A stretch of DNA of 64,000 nucleotides from Nymphaea colorata (taxonomy: Eukaryota), in assembly GCF_008831285.2 (NCBI RefSeq), contig NC_045138.2, positions 28,024,001-28,088,000 on the forward strand. Reading direction: 5' to 3'. Every line of letters begins with the position of its first letter. The first letter of the stretch is position 1. The position numbers and the translations under genes were made by a program. Positions 35,970 to 48,558 of the stretch are shown here, piece after piece. The notes under the pieces were generated by a model that saw nothing but the letters and a program-made list of their open reading frames with translations, searched no databases and was not told the DNA's origin.

Positions 35970-38900
35970 TCACCCAACCGCAGTCAGGCGGCGGCGCTTT
36001 ATCCGAATGGCGAACTGGATATCCCCTTGCACAAGACGAGCCACAGAATCTGGTGAAGAGAATGTGCCCCTGAAGACCCTGTTGTTGCGCTCCACCCAAA
36101 TGAGCCACCAAGCTAAAATGAGCCACGGCCTCCAGACATGACCCCAAGAAGCAGTCAGGTGGGGGGAAGGACAAAAGAGGAAGAAAAGACGAATGGATGG
36201 TGGGTTTGGAAGATTACTAACAAGGGAAGGCCAAGTAGAAGCAAGGACACTAAAGAAAAAAGGGCAAGAAGTAAAAAGGTGGACCCTAGACTCAGTCGCA
36301 ACAAGACATAAGGGACACTGGTTAGCCAAACTGATGCCAAGGCGCTGTAGGTGATCAAAAGTGTTGATATGGCCAGTCAGAAGAAGCCAGACAAAAGCAA
36401 TGACTCGAAGAGATGGGCCAGGAGACCAAAGAAATCGGGGGGGGAGTGACGCGACAGAGGGACCAAAGGAGGCCAGGTAGCAAGAAGAAAAAGTGAACTC
36501 ACGGGTAGGTGAAAGGGGCCAGGATGGGGACGTGCACGATGAGAGGTCAGCAAGGCGGAGGAAAAGAGGAAGGACAGAAAGCATGTCGGACCAAAAGTGG
36601 GAAGGGGAGATGTGAGATATAGAACTATGCCAGACGCTAGGGGAAGGCAGGTCGAATTTTGAACTAATGAATTGGGTGATGGGAGAATGTTCAGTAGCTA
36701 ACCGCCACCACCAAGAACACAGGAAAGACTCACAAGCCCGACTAAGGTTGGTAACCCCAGCACCCCCAAGAAGACGCGGAAAGGCAACCACATCCCAATG
36801 CGCAAGGCGATCTGAAGGTCGATCACCATCCCAAACAAACTTACGAATAAGCTTATCAAACCTACGCAAGACAACCACAGGAGGCCGAAAGACAGACAAA
36901 GCATGGAGAGGAACCGACGCGAGGCAGTGCTTAGCCAAAGTAATCCGACCTGGAAGAGAAAGCAGCTTTCCCTGCCAACACTGAAGGCGAACCGTAAGCT
37001 TCTACTCCACCCCATCCCAAAAAGGAGCAGGAGGCGACAACGTAATCTGAAGCCCCAGATAGTCCATGGGCAGACTAGTAGCCTTACACCCAAAGCAAGC
37101 TTCCGCGAGAAGTACCGTGGCCGGATCCGCGTGAATGAAGGAGATGTGACATTTGGCGGAATTGATAGAAAGACCTGAGATGAGCTCAAAGACCCGAAGG
37201 ATGAGCCAAGTTCTCACAACCTGCTGGCAAGAAGCACTGCCGAACAGAAGAAAATCATCAGCATACTGAAGGGTGGAGAAGGACGGTAAGTGGGGGAGCG
37301 AATGGGGTGTGAGGAAGCCAACGACCGTTGCGTGATGGAAAAGCGCAGAAAAGCTCTCAGCAACCAAGTTGAAAAGCAAGGGAGATAACAGGCAACCTTG
37401 ACGGAGGCCACGCTCGAGACAGAAGAAATCACCACACTTCCCATTGAAAGAGACCGCAAGCTGGGCCCCAGTGACAAGCGACATGATCCACTGCCTAAAC
37501 GAAGGACCAAACGCAAGACGGGTGAGGAGGTCAGAAAGGAACTCCCAACTAACCGAGTCAAAAGCCTTAGAGATGTCCAACTTCAGGATGAATGAAGGTA
37601 GCCGTAGACAGTAAAGGGAGTGAACAACCTCATTGACTAGGACAACCGCATCCTGCAGACGCCGACCCTTGACGAAAGCAACCTGGAAGAGGTTAATGAC
37701 TGAAGGCATGACTGGTGCAAGCCGCATAGAGAGCAACTTAGCAATAATCTTGTACGGCGTGCCAAGGATGGAGATCGGGCGAAAGTGGGTGACGTCCGTA
37801 GGGTTAGGGCGCTTAGGCACCAAGACGCAGGTAGCTTGATTGAATTCCTTGAGGAAAACAGAATTGGAGGTGAACTCATCACAAAACGCAAACACATCCG
37901 CGCTACAAACCTCCCAAAAAGTACGAAAAAATTCGACTGGGAAACCATCAATGCCAGGCGCCTTACCCGAGCCAAGGGCCCAGACCGCGTTCTTGATCTC
38001 TTGGTGTTGGAAGGGCCGCTCAAGAGCGATCGCACAAAAGACAGAGAGAGAGGAGATGTGAAAATCCGGCAGCGTGGCACGGAAGCGAAGAGGTTTAGAG
38101 TAGAAATCCTTGAAATGAGCGCTCAGGGCCGGGAGGATGTCATCACCAAGAAAAATCCTGCCCCCGATACCCATGGACTGGAGCAACGTCTGACGGCGCC
38201 TCTGAGAGGCGGCCAAGTGGAAGAATCTAGAGTTCTGGTCCCCATGTGCGAGCCAACCCAACCTAGAGCGTTGCTGCCAATGGATAGACTCCCTCATGCG
38301 CCACTCTTGGGCAAGACACTGCAGACAAAGGAGACGGGAAGACTGATCCGCAGAAATATTATCAGAGGCCTGAAGGGACATGATCTCCTCATCCCAAACG
38401 GCCACTTCCAAAAATTTGCTGCTCCAAAAAATGCGCTTCCAGGCGAGGTCCTCCCTCCTGATGGAGTGCAACTTCCGCGAGAGCCTGAAAGCTGCCCACC
38501 TACCATTGACTGCACGAGCCCACCAATTAGGGACGGTAGCTACAAAGGATTCATCACGGAGCCACCAGATCTCAAAACGAAACCTGGCGTGCCCGGTACC
38601 AGCCCTACCCCGAAGAAGGGAAAAGAGCAGCGGAGCATGATCAGACAGGTGCCTCGGGCCAAGAACCAATGAGGATGAAGGAAAAGCAGAGAACAACTCA
38701 GGCGAGAGGAAGATACAGTCCAACCTACGAAGGATCGGAGGGTTCCTATTATTAGACCAAGTAAACGTACCGTTAGTCGAAGGCACGTCAAAAAGACCAA
38801 ACTCATCAACGAAAGATCGAAAAGCAGACATAGACGGGCCAGAAGTGACAGGGGATGATGAGTCAGCAGGGCTAAGCAAACAGTTGAAGTCCCCTGCCAG

Positions 38901-39302
38901 AAACCAAGGGGAAGCTGCAAGCTGGCGAACCTGATGCAGCTCAGCCCACAGCTGCCCACGCAAAGCCCCAACGCAAGGGCCATAAACCGCTGTAACCAGG
39001 ACCGGACCATTAGGCCAAAATCCGCTGAGAGAAGCAGAGATAGAGTACCTTCCGACATGCACAATAGCCCCTGTAAGGGGTGGAGACAAAGCCAGCAGGA
39101 TGCCGCCCGCTGCTCCACAAGCTGGAAGGAACCCAAAGGACGGTTGGCGCAACAAAGTACGAACACAAGCATGAGAGATGACAGACATCTTGGTCTCAAC
39201 CACAATAAGCACCGAAGGCCCATGCTGACGGATCCAAGAAGAGAGATACCTACGCCGATAACGGGCACTGAGGCCCCGCACATTCCAACATGCAATCCTC
39301 AT
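35970..39302 (-). CDS. LINE ORF2: APE endonuclease, reverse transcriptase and C-terminal Cys/His (zf-RVT) region; one in-frame TAG
   Basis: Motifs ACWNVRGL, VETK, GDFN, SDH (endonuclease); KAPGIDG, FRPISI, KLDISKAFDSV, GLRQG, QYADD, YLG (RT); CPLC...ESRVHLF.SC and WVERN.RVF. ORFs 37002-39302 and 35970-36938 share a frame and are separated by a single TAG at 37004-37002. Confidence 0.92.
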
Positions 39303-41130
39303 GGGGAAACCACGTGAAGCGACGAACGTCTGGCCGCCCTGGCGGCACCAGGAGGGAGGACGGAGGCTGCAGAAGCCCCAATCCTACGCAATTCCCGCCG
39401 CAACCTGGCCAGGCTGGAGCGGGAGACTGGTGCCACAGCGGCAACAAAAGAGGACCGCAACAAATCAAGTTGCTCAGGCGAAAGAGAGACCTTAAGAGCG
39501 TCAAGCGCATCCGGGAGGGAGATGCCCAACTCAGCATCCAACAAGGGGGCAACAGGTGACAACCTATCGGGCAGGGAGTGACGACCCATAGGACTCGTGG
39601 TGGGGCTAGACAACTGAACAGGGGAGGACGAGGGGGCAGAGGTGAACTCAGACTCAGACCGCAGGGCAGGGGAAAAAGAGCCAACATAAGGGATGCGGGA
39701 GAGGGCAGGGCTAACCGGTGGGAGGGGCAGGTAGGTGGGGTTTAGAGTCGAGCAGCGACTGAGTCTAGGGAGCAGAATATGCAGGGAAGGCCAGTAAGAG
39801 CTAAAGCTACCGTCAAAAGAAACAGAAAAAACCCAAGGCAGATAGGCAAAGGAGGAGGTCCTGGGTGTAAGGGGGGCATAGGGGGGCCAGTAACCAAGGT
39901 AAAGAGCAACGTACAGGCAACGGAGGGAGAATGACTGACTGGGGGTGCCGAGACTCCAGAGGCCAAGACAACGCAGGCCGCAGTCAGACGAGAGCGAGCA
40001 ACAACAGCAGCCTCAAGAGAAAGACCCTCTGCCGACGGACGGGCAACCGAAAGAGACGGTGCGGACGACCGGACGTCGCCAAGGTCAGACTGAGCAGCAA
40101 CTCGCAACGGGTCGGGGCAGCCCGAGGTGGACTCGCGTGGAGCCCCAGCTCGCAAAGCAGGAAAAGGAAAGGGCGAGCAGGGTACCTCAGAGGAGCGTGG
40201 CAGAGAGCAGGCTAGACTCCTTCGCTGAGGAGAGGCAGGCGCCACGGTGAGGGAAGCAAGGGCGGAAGCTGAGAAGGCGGCAGCTCTACCATCGAAGAGC
40301 ACTGGTGCGGCGGATCACCTGGCCGAAAAACCTGCGGAACCTTTACCGAAAAAGGAGGACCCCGCGTTCCAGGACAAGTAGGCCCAGGCCAAGGAAGTCT
40401 GATAGAGCCAAAGAACATAGAGCTCTCGCCCAAAGAAGGTGACCGCTGAACAACTTGCAGAGGAACCTGGACCCAGAAGGAAGCAGTGACCGCTGCAAAA
40501 CCATGTCGTCACGCAAAAAGGCGACGATCATTCTGACAAGCAGGAAAGCGACATCGAGAACACGTGACGGCCCGGCGGCCGTTCAAGGAAGCACACCTCT
40601 AACACCACCACTGGCCCCATCTGACTCGGATAGAAGCAACAGACCGGAGAAGGTGACGAAGCCTGGAAGCACGCCGAGAAGAGGGGACAGACCACGGTGA
40701 TGGGGCTGGCCTACCAACGGAGACCACCTTGGGGAGCCTCGGCCGCAAGGAACAGTCACCCATCTGCAGAAGGAGAAAACAACAACGCGCTGGCAGGAGG
40801 AAGGCCTGAAGGAGCCCGCGAGCATCTTTCAGCTGAAGTGTGCCGGCGAAAATGCAATTGAAGATAGTAGACTGCCAACTGAAAGACAAAGCCTGTGCTT
40901 GACGAACCCCCTCAGGCGAGCAAAGAAAACCGATCGCCGCACGACAAAGCAAGCTATTAAGAGGGAGGGGGTTACCCAGCCTAATACCACAAAGACTAGG
41001 ACCCTCAACCCAAACCCCCGAGGGCGGCCGCAAAGGCGGGGGAGGAGGAAGGGCTGCCACGACACCCCCCACGGTGCAAGAGTAAAGAAAAAGGAACCTG
41101 TTTTCACAGGCAATTCAACAAACAGTTACA
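39299..41130 (-). pseudogene. LINE ORF1, decayed
   Basis: Ser/Pro-rich frame open from about 40012 to a TGA at 39299, with RLRRELRRIG near its end. The stop overlaps the ORF2 ATG (ATGA). The upstream part is fragmented and the start is uncertain. Confidence 0.6.
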
Positions 41131-41553
41131 GTGCAGCTTGCACAAATGCAGGGAGAGACGTCCCACGGCTCCAGCACTCCCCAAGCGACAGAGAGGGCAG
41201 GGGGAAGAGCTGCATTGCTCGGGGAAATGGGGGGACAACGCCGTGCTGCCCCAGACGGACGGCGAAGACGAGTGAGCGGGCGGTGGGGGCAGAAGGAGAG
41301 ACGGGCAGGTGTTGGGGCCGACGGGAGATAGAGAGGGCGAGTGGAGCCAGACGAGCGGGTGGTGGGGCAGACGGAGAGACGGGCGGGCGGTGGGGTCGAC
41401 GGGCGGGCGGTGGGGTCGACGGGAGAAAGAGAGAGCGAGTGGGGAGCAGGGGGAAGAGTGGACGAGCACGAGGAGGCGGGCGAGAGAGGAGAGTGAGAGG
41501 TCGGGCAGACGAGAGAGGAGGGCGGTCGGGCGGCGAGAACGGGCGAGCGAGAG

Positions 41554-41591
<38 letters not shown>

Positions 41592-43219
41592 GAGAGAGAG
41601 AGTAAGAGAAATCTATCATAGAGATCCGACCTTTTCGGAAAGCTCACCAAATACATTCTTTTTTAAGTGACTGATTTAAAAACTAAGTCAATCTTAAATC
41701 CAAGGATCTAAAATCTAAGATCTGGAGGCATCAAACCCAACCTTAACAAGATCCGTTACGACCGCAAGAGCCGACAAACGTCAGTATGTACCTAATCATT
41801 CTGAGCATGGTAGTTGGTAGTGCGAGGGAGTTTCCAGAATAAGCTCTTCGAAGCAAAAAGTGTACCTTGTCAGTTGTTACCTTGTCTTTTGCAAAGGGTG
41901 AATGATCTCACCACTATTACCTACTTCATACACTACTTCTTTAAATTATTCTAGATGCGAATTTTGTATATATTTGACCTGCATTGTGGGGAAGAAAGAT
42001 AACAGAAAATCATAGTCCTCTGAAAAATTTTAGTTTTGGGGAACGTCTATCTAGTTTCACAATTTCAAAATACTCATCTGAGGCTATGGCTGTAATCAAA
42101 AGCATATCGGCACCTTCATCATACCACTTAAATAAACTGCATTCTATTTGCCTTTGATTACTTGTTTGAAGGCTTATCACCTACGTTTATAATGAATTCA
42201 CAAATGCTAAAGAGGAAAAATAATAAATGCAAATCGCCGATCAAAAATGTAATTTGGTTTTATGATGCATATGCTTTAATTTTGCATATATAGATAACGA
42301 CATTTTGAAACTAAACCTGCCCTGATTATGATACTTTAGGCATCACAGTTGGAAAAGCAATAGGAGTACTCAACATGTTAAATATACCAATTTCATTTTC
42401 AAGAGCAAGCAGCCAATCTTCATCAACGTCTTGCTACACGTTTGACATGCATCATACTATATCTACCATTTGGTAAGGCAAATAGTCTGAGATGAGATAG
42501 AAATTAGTGGGTCTACTTGCTAGATGGTTCATCTGTGGAGTGTGGAGCTTTTGACTACATGGCTTTTAAGTTTTAAATCATTCTTGACAGATTCTGTTTA
42601 CTGCTCTCAGTCTCAGATGTAAAAGTTCAATATTCTAATAAATTTTCTTCATCTGTCTTAGTATAAAGAACCTTTGTTTTACCTTCAGTTGCTGTGTGAA
42701 GTTTCCAATGAGTAACCTTGTAAACTCTGGCAAATAGCATCTTGTTTCTTGGAAACAGTGATCGGAGTAATCATTTCCACCGGTGTTGAAGACAAATATA
42801 CTCCCAGACAGATAAGAAGAAAGGTTGCTTCCTACGAGAGATCTCAACTCCAGCGGAGTTCCTTCTTCGAAGTTGGTGATTTGTTGATTCAGAGGTATTA
42901 CCGTGATCTGCAAGGATTAAAGAGGAAAAAAACGAAAGAACTTATGAGATATTTGTTGTTGACTGAGGTCAAGAAAACAGAAATCTGATTATAGATAAAA
43001 AACAAAGTAATGAAGATTTTCCTTCCTTCATCAAAAAGAGAAAGGAAGATTCAAGCAAATCAAAAGCAATGGGGCCAGATATATTATTGGCGAGGGTCCA
43101 CTCTACATTGAAAGTAGTCGAGTCGAGAATCCCGGAGCCAGCAGATGCGTAGTTCACTCCACTCAAAATTTTGGTTCCTTTGGTCGTGGGATCGTTGAAA
43201 CCGGGGAGGGGATGAGGAA

Positions 43220-46200
43220 TGTCAAGAGTCATCACCGACTCTCTTGAACAGTCTTGAGTCTCCTTTAGTAAGTCGGTGGATGTCATAGTCGGTGCTTGTG
43301 TTTAAGTCTGTAGATGTAATGATGAAAGAAAAATTTTAAAAAAAAAAATGAATGAGAAGTCGGTGGAAGCATCCACCACCTACTTCATCTCCCTATAAAT
43401 AGGGACGTTGGGCCATGGTGAGAGTATGTGAAAAAGAGTGAGTGTGTGTGAAAAAATTGTGAGAGTGGTTGAGTCATTTATGTGCTCACTTTGTGAGCTT
43501 GTGAGGTGTGTGAGCTTGTGAGGTGTGTTAGAGTTGTGCTCAGTGCAAGAGCGTCGGGCTTGGAGTTATTTAGGTGTGGAAGTTCACTACGTGAGCGAGG
43601 TGAGTTTTTCTTGAGCTTCCTTGTAATATTTATTTTGATGAATGAATAGTTGATATTTTAAAGTATACTCTTTCAAAGTTATTATTGAGTATCATTTTGG
43701 ACGTCGAGACTCTGCTAGATTTTTTTCGCATAAATTTGAGTTTGTAGCTGAGTTATAGGGCCCGCATTACGTTTTCCAACAATTGGTATCAGAGCCAGGT
43801 TCTGTCCGAGGGCCGATTTATTGGAATATATATATCATGAAGTTATGGCGGCATTAGCGGTTGCATTAAACAATATTGAGAAACTTAACAATAGCAATTA
43901 TGGCTATTGGAAATCAAGTATGGAGTCGTATTTTCTAGGACAGGAATTATGGGAGATAGTATTAGGATCAGACACTAATATTCCTGTTGACGAGGAAGCG
44001 AAGAAGAAATGGATGATCAAAGCAGGAAAAGCTTTATTTGCAATTAAGGTATCAATCGAGAAAGATTTATTAGAACATATACGAGATGCTACGACTCCTA
44101 AAGAAGCATGGGATGCTTTTGCAACCTTATTTTCACGAGCTAATGATGCCCGCCTACAATTATTAGAAAATGATCTAGCTACATTAACTCAGGGAAGCAT
44201 GTCGATAGCAGAATATTTTATGAAGGTTAAAAATATTTGTAGAGAGATATCCCAAATCGACCCTGAGTCTAAAATCAGTGAGGCCTGTATGCGGAGAATA
44301 CTTATTTGCGGACTTCGTCCAGAATTTGGCAGTTTCATAATTGGTGTTCAAGGCTGGTAAGTTCAACCAACTTTGTTGGAGTTAGAAAATCTCTTGGTCA
44401 ATCAAGAAACATTAGCGAAACAAATGGTCGGGCTTTCTCTCAAGGGAAATAATGAGGAAGCTTTGTTTAGTAAGGGTCAGAGATCACGTTGGCCAGCTAA
44501 GCCAGTCATTAGGTCTCCAAGTAGGAACATTGATGACAAGAAAGAGAAAAATGTACAAAAGAAAACAAGAGAAACTACACAGCAGTGGAGACCAAAAGTG
44601 AAATGTTTTAGATGTGGGAAGTTATGTCATATTGCTCGTGACTGCAGAGTCAGAATAAATGAAGGAAATATAATCACGACGAGTAAGCAAAATGGGGGAG
44701 CTAATGAGACTGTACAGAAAAATTCGTTTTTGTACTCAATGGAGGTAAAAGAAAATATTACGCAAGAAGGATGCAATTCTGCCCATATAAAACCTCCAAA
44801 AGAAAAAGAAGAGAAGATCAATTATCAAACTGATTGGATAATTGATTCTGGATGCTCAAATCATATGACCGGTGATAAGAGCAAGTTCGTAAGTCTGAAA
44901 GAATATGATGGAAATCGAGTTGTTGTTACTGCTAACAACACAAAGCTCCCAGTGGCACATATTGGAGAAGCAGAGGTTGTAGCCAACTTTGGCAAAGACC
45001 GAATTTTACGGAACGTTTATCATGTTTCAGGAATGACTAAGAACTTGTTATCTGTGCCACAACTTACAGCGTTAGGTCACTATGTCGTGTTCAGCCCAAA
45101 TGATGTGAAAGTTTATAGAGACAAAGATGTTCAAGGAACTCCCATATTTGAAGGAAGGAAAATTGAGTCAATATATGTTCTGTCAGCAGAAACAACATAT
45201 ATTGACAAAGCAAAGAAGCATGACACTGCAGATATCTGGCATGAGAGACTCGCTCATGTTGGATACAACAAACTTCGGGAGATGTCTAACAAGGGGCAGT
45301 TGATTGGCCTGCCCAAGCTTGAGGTACGAACTGACAAAGTATGCCCAGGATGTCAGTATGGAAAGGCACACAGGAGGCCATACAAAGAATCAAAATATAG
45401 AGCAAAAGCGCCATTCGAACTTGTGCATTCAGACGTATTCGGCAAAGTACCAGACCCATCATTTGGAGGTAAGTGGTATTTTATCACTTTTATTGATGAT
45501 TTTTCGAGATATACTTGGGTCTATTTTATGAAAGAAAAGTCTGAAGCACTTGAAAAATTTAAGGAGTTTCACCAGATGGTGAAAAAAGAACTTGGGCATA
45601 AAATTCGGTGTGTACGAACCGATAATGGTGGCGAATATACATCCAATATGTTTATGGCATACACGAGGCAACATGGTATTCAAAGACAATTCACATGTGC
45701 CTATACACCACAGCAAAATGGAGAGGCAGAAAGGAAAAATCGCCACATAGCAGAAACATGTCGAAGCATGATGCATGCAAAGAACATGCCACCAAGATTT
45801 TGGGCCGAGTGTGTCAGCACCGCTGTACACGTAATCAATCGACTACCAATGCCGAGATTTAATTTTAAATCTCCATATGAAGTACTCTATAAAAGGAAGC
45901 CGTCTGTAAGTTATTTTAGAGTATTTGGTTGTGTATGTTATGTTTTTATATTTGAGCAGCACAGGACTAAGTTCGACAAAAAGGCACAGAGGTGTGTCTT
46001 TGTCGGATATGACCCATATCGGAAAGGATGGAGATGTGCTAATCCTAGCACAGGACAAGTTTATGTTTCTCGCGACGTCATCTTCGATGAAGCATCGTCG
46101 TGGTGGTCAGAAGAAAAGAAGACGCTTTCAGACTCTCCAGTTCTTGAAAGAGACGTTCAAAACAAAATACAGTTTGAGATGAATCAAGGAAAGCCTCAGT

Positions 46201-48558
46201 CTGAAGACATAGAAGCAAGACAACTAGAGAAGCAAGTTCAGATGCCTGAACATAGTCCAAGACGAGAAGAACGTGCTGATCCATGGAGAACAGGAGTCAG
46301 TCCAATCCGACAAAAAAGTGCAGAAGAAGAAAGATCATCACAACTCGAAGAGCCAGAAGGGGCTCCGATAGCACTAAGAAGATCAACGAGAATACCAAAA
46401 CCAAATCCAAAGTATGTAGATGCAGACTGTGCCATCATGGAGGAGATCGAGCCAGCTTCTTTTGAAGAAGCAAAAGATGTTGAAAAGTGGCAATCGGCAA
46501 TGAAAGATGAAATAAAGGCATTGGAGCATAACGAAACCTGGGAGCTCGTACCAAAGCCTGCAGGAGTAAAGCCCATTACTTGTAAATGGGTTTACAAAAT
46601 AAAAAGAAAGACAGATGGCTCAGTTGATAGATATAAGGCTCGACTAGTCGCGAGAGGATTTTCTCAGCAGTATAATATTGATTTTGAAGAAACTTTTAGT
46701 CCTGTTGCGAAGATCACATCCGTACGTATTCTGATAGCCATTGCTGCAAGCAAATCCTAGAAGCTATGGCAAATGGATGTGAAAAATGCTTTCTTATATG
46801 GAGATCTCGATCATGAAATCTATATGGAGCAGCCTCAAGGATTCAAATCTCCAAACAAGCCAGACTACGTCTGCAAGTTAAGAAAAGCACTCTATGGACT
46901 GAAACAAGCACCAAGAGCATGGTACGGGAAAATAGCTGAATTTTTGGTGTTTAGTGGATTTCAAGTCTCCTCAGCAGATTCAAGTCTCTTCGTCAAGTCA
47001 AGAGGTACGAAACTTACTATTTTGTTAATTTATGTTGATGATTTAATTATTACTGGAGATGACAATGAAGAAATTAATCTCATTCGTGAACATCTCATGG
47101 TGAGATTCGAAATGAAAGAGCTAGGGGAGTTGCGACACTTCCTTGGATTGGAAATTGATTACGAAACTCAAGGATTATTTTTAAGTCAAAAGAAGTATGC
47201 TCATGACTTACTACGTAAGTATGTTATGCTCAGTTGCAAACCTATCTCAACACCAATTGAGATAAATGCAAAACTTAGAGTTGATGAAGGAGACAGGCTG
47301 GACGATGTTACTATGTATCGACAACTGGTTGGAAGCCTAATCTACTTAACATTATCAAGACCAGACATTGCCTATGCAGTTGGTGTTGTAAGCAGGTTTA
47401 TGCAAACTCCAAGGAAGACACATCTAGAAGCAGTAAAAAGAATATTAAGGTATATCAAAGGAACTCTTGACTTTGGTATACTTTATGAAAGAGGGACAAC
47501 TTGTCAAGTTGTTGGTCATTGTGACGCGGACTATGCAGGAGACTTATCAACACGAAGATCAACCACTGGATATACATTCAGTCTTGGAAGTGGTGCGATT
47601 TCATGGTGTAGTAAAAGACAGCCAACAGTTTCACTATCTACAACCGAAGCAGAGTATAGAGCAGCTTCTCAAGCAGCAAAAGAATGTGTGTGGTTGATGC
47701 AACTGTTGAAAGACATTAAACAAAACGTGGATTATGCAGTGAGACTCTACTGCGATAATCAAAGTGCAGTCAGACTTGCAGAGAATCCTGTCTTCCATGC
47801 TCGAATGAAACATATAGAAGTGGAGCATCACTTTATTAGAGAGAAGGTACTCAAAGGAGAGATTCAGTTGCAGCCAATCGCTTCAGAAGATCAAGTCGCT
47901 GACATCTTTACCAAGGGCTTACCAGTACAGACATTCGTGAAACTTCGAAGAATGTTGGGAATCATAAGTAGAGAGTCGGTAATGAGGGGGAGATTGTCAA
48001 GAGTCATCACCAACTCTCTCGAACAGTCTTGAGTCTCCTTTAGTAAGTCGGTGGATGTCATAGTCGGTGCTTGTGTTTAAGTCGGTAGATGTAATGATGA
48101 AAGAAAAATTAAAAAAAAAAAAAAATGAATGAGAAGTCGGTGGAAGCATCCACCACCGACTTCATCTCCTTATAAATAGGGACGTTGGGCCATGGTGAGA
48201 GTATGTGAAAAAGAGTGAGTGTGTGTGAAAAAATTGTGAGAGTGGTTGAGTCATTTATGTGCTCACTTTGTGAGCTTGTGAGGTGTGTGAGCTTGTGAGG
48301 TGTGTCAGAGTTGTGCTCAGTGCAAGAGCGTCGGGCTTGGAGGTATTTAGGTGTGGAAGTTCACTACGTTAGCGAGGTGAGTTTTTCTTGAGCCTCTTTG
48401 TAATATTTATTTTGATGAATGAATAGTTGATATTTTAAAGTATACTCTTTCAAAGTTATTATTGAGTATCATTTTGGACGTCGAGACTCTGCTAGATTTT
48501 CTCTGCATAAATTTGAGTTTGTAGCTGAGTTATAGGGCTCGCATTACGTTTTCCAACA
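43220..48558 (+). mobile_element. Full-length Ty1/Copia LTR retrotransposon
   Basis: LTRs 43220-43781 and 47995-48558 (TGTCAAG...TCCAACA); PBS TGGTATCAGAGCC at 43784-43796; PPT GAGGGGGAGA at about 47984-47993; TSD AGGAA at 43215-43219 and 48559-48563. Confidence 0.97.
43821..48032 (+). CDS. Copia gag-pol polyprotein (Gag, CCHC knuckle, protease, integrase, RT, RNase H) with two in-frame stops
   Basis: Three ORFs in one frame, separated by TAA at 44358-44360 and TAG at 46758-46760. Motifs [69 protein letters not shown] and ADIFTK in Copia order (integrase before RT). Confidence 0.93.

Larger units (their letters stand above)
35812..41553 (-). mobile_element. Full-length L1-clade LINE retrotransposon inserted in a (CT)n microsatellite
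   Basis: GC-rich 5' UTR, decayed ORF1, ORF2 and a ~160-bp 3' UTR. Flanked by (GA)n at 35785-35811 and 41554-41602. No poly(A) tail. Confidence 0.9.
35000..41742. mobile_element. Possible PIF/Harbinger-like non-autonomous element (about 1 kb without the LINE) hosting the LINE
   Basis: Imperfect inverted termini GGGTGCGTTTGA (35000) and TCAAACCCAACC (41731-41742), similar GGATnnAAAATC subterminal motifs, and TTT/TTA flanks. Confidence 0.35.

Noticed and set aside
37002..37004. Programmed readthrough of the LINE ORF2 TAG or the Copia stops
   Set aside because: The stops are single-base nonsense changes at ordinary coding positions (e.g. TGG to TAG in Copia RT). Decay is the simpler explanation.
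37785..38672. 295-aa antisense ORF in the LINE (and 40899-41621)
   Set aside because: Shadow frames of a GC-rich coding strand and microsatellite, with no recognisable domain.
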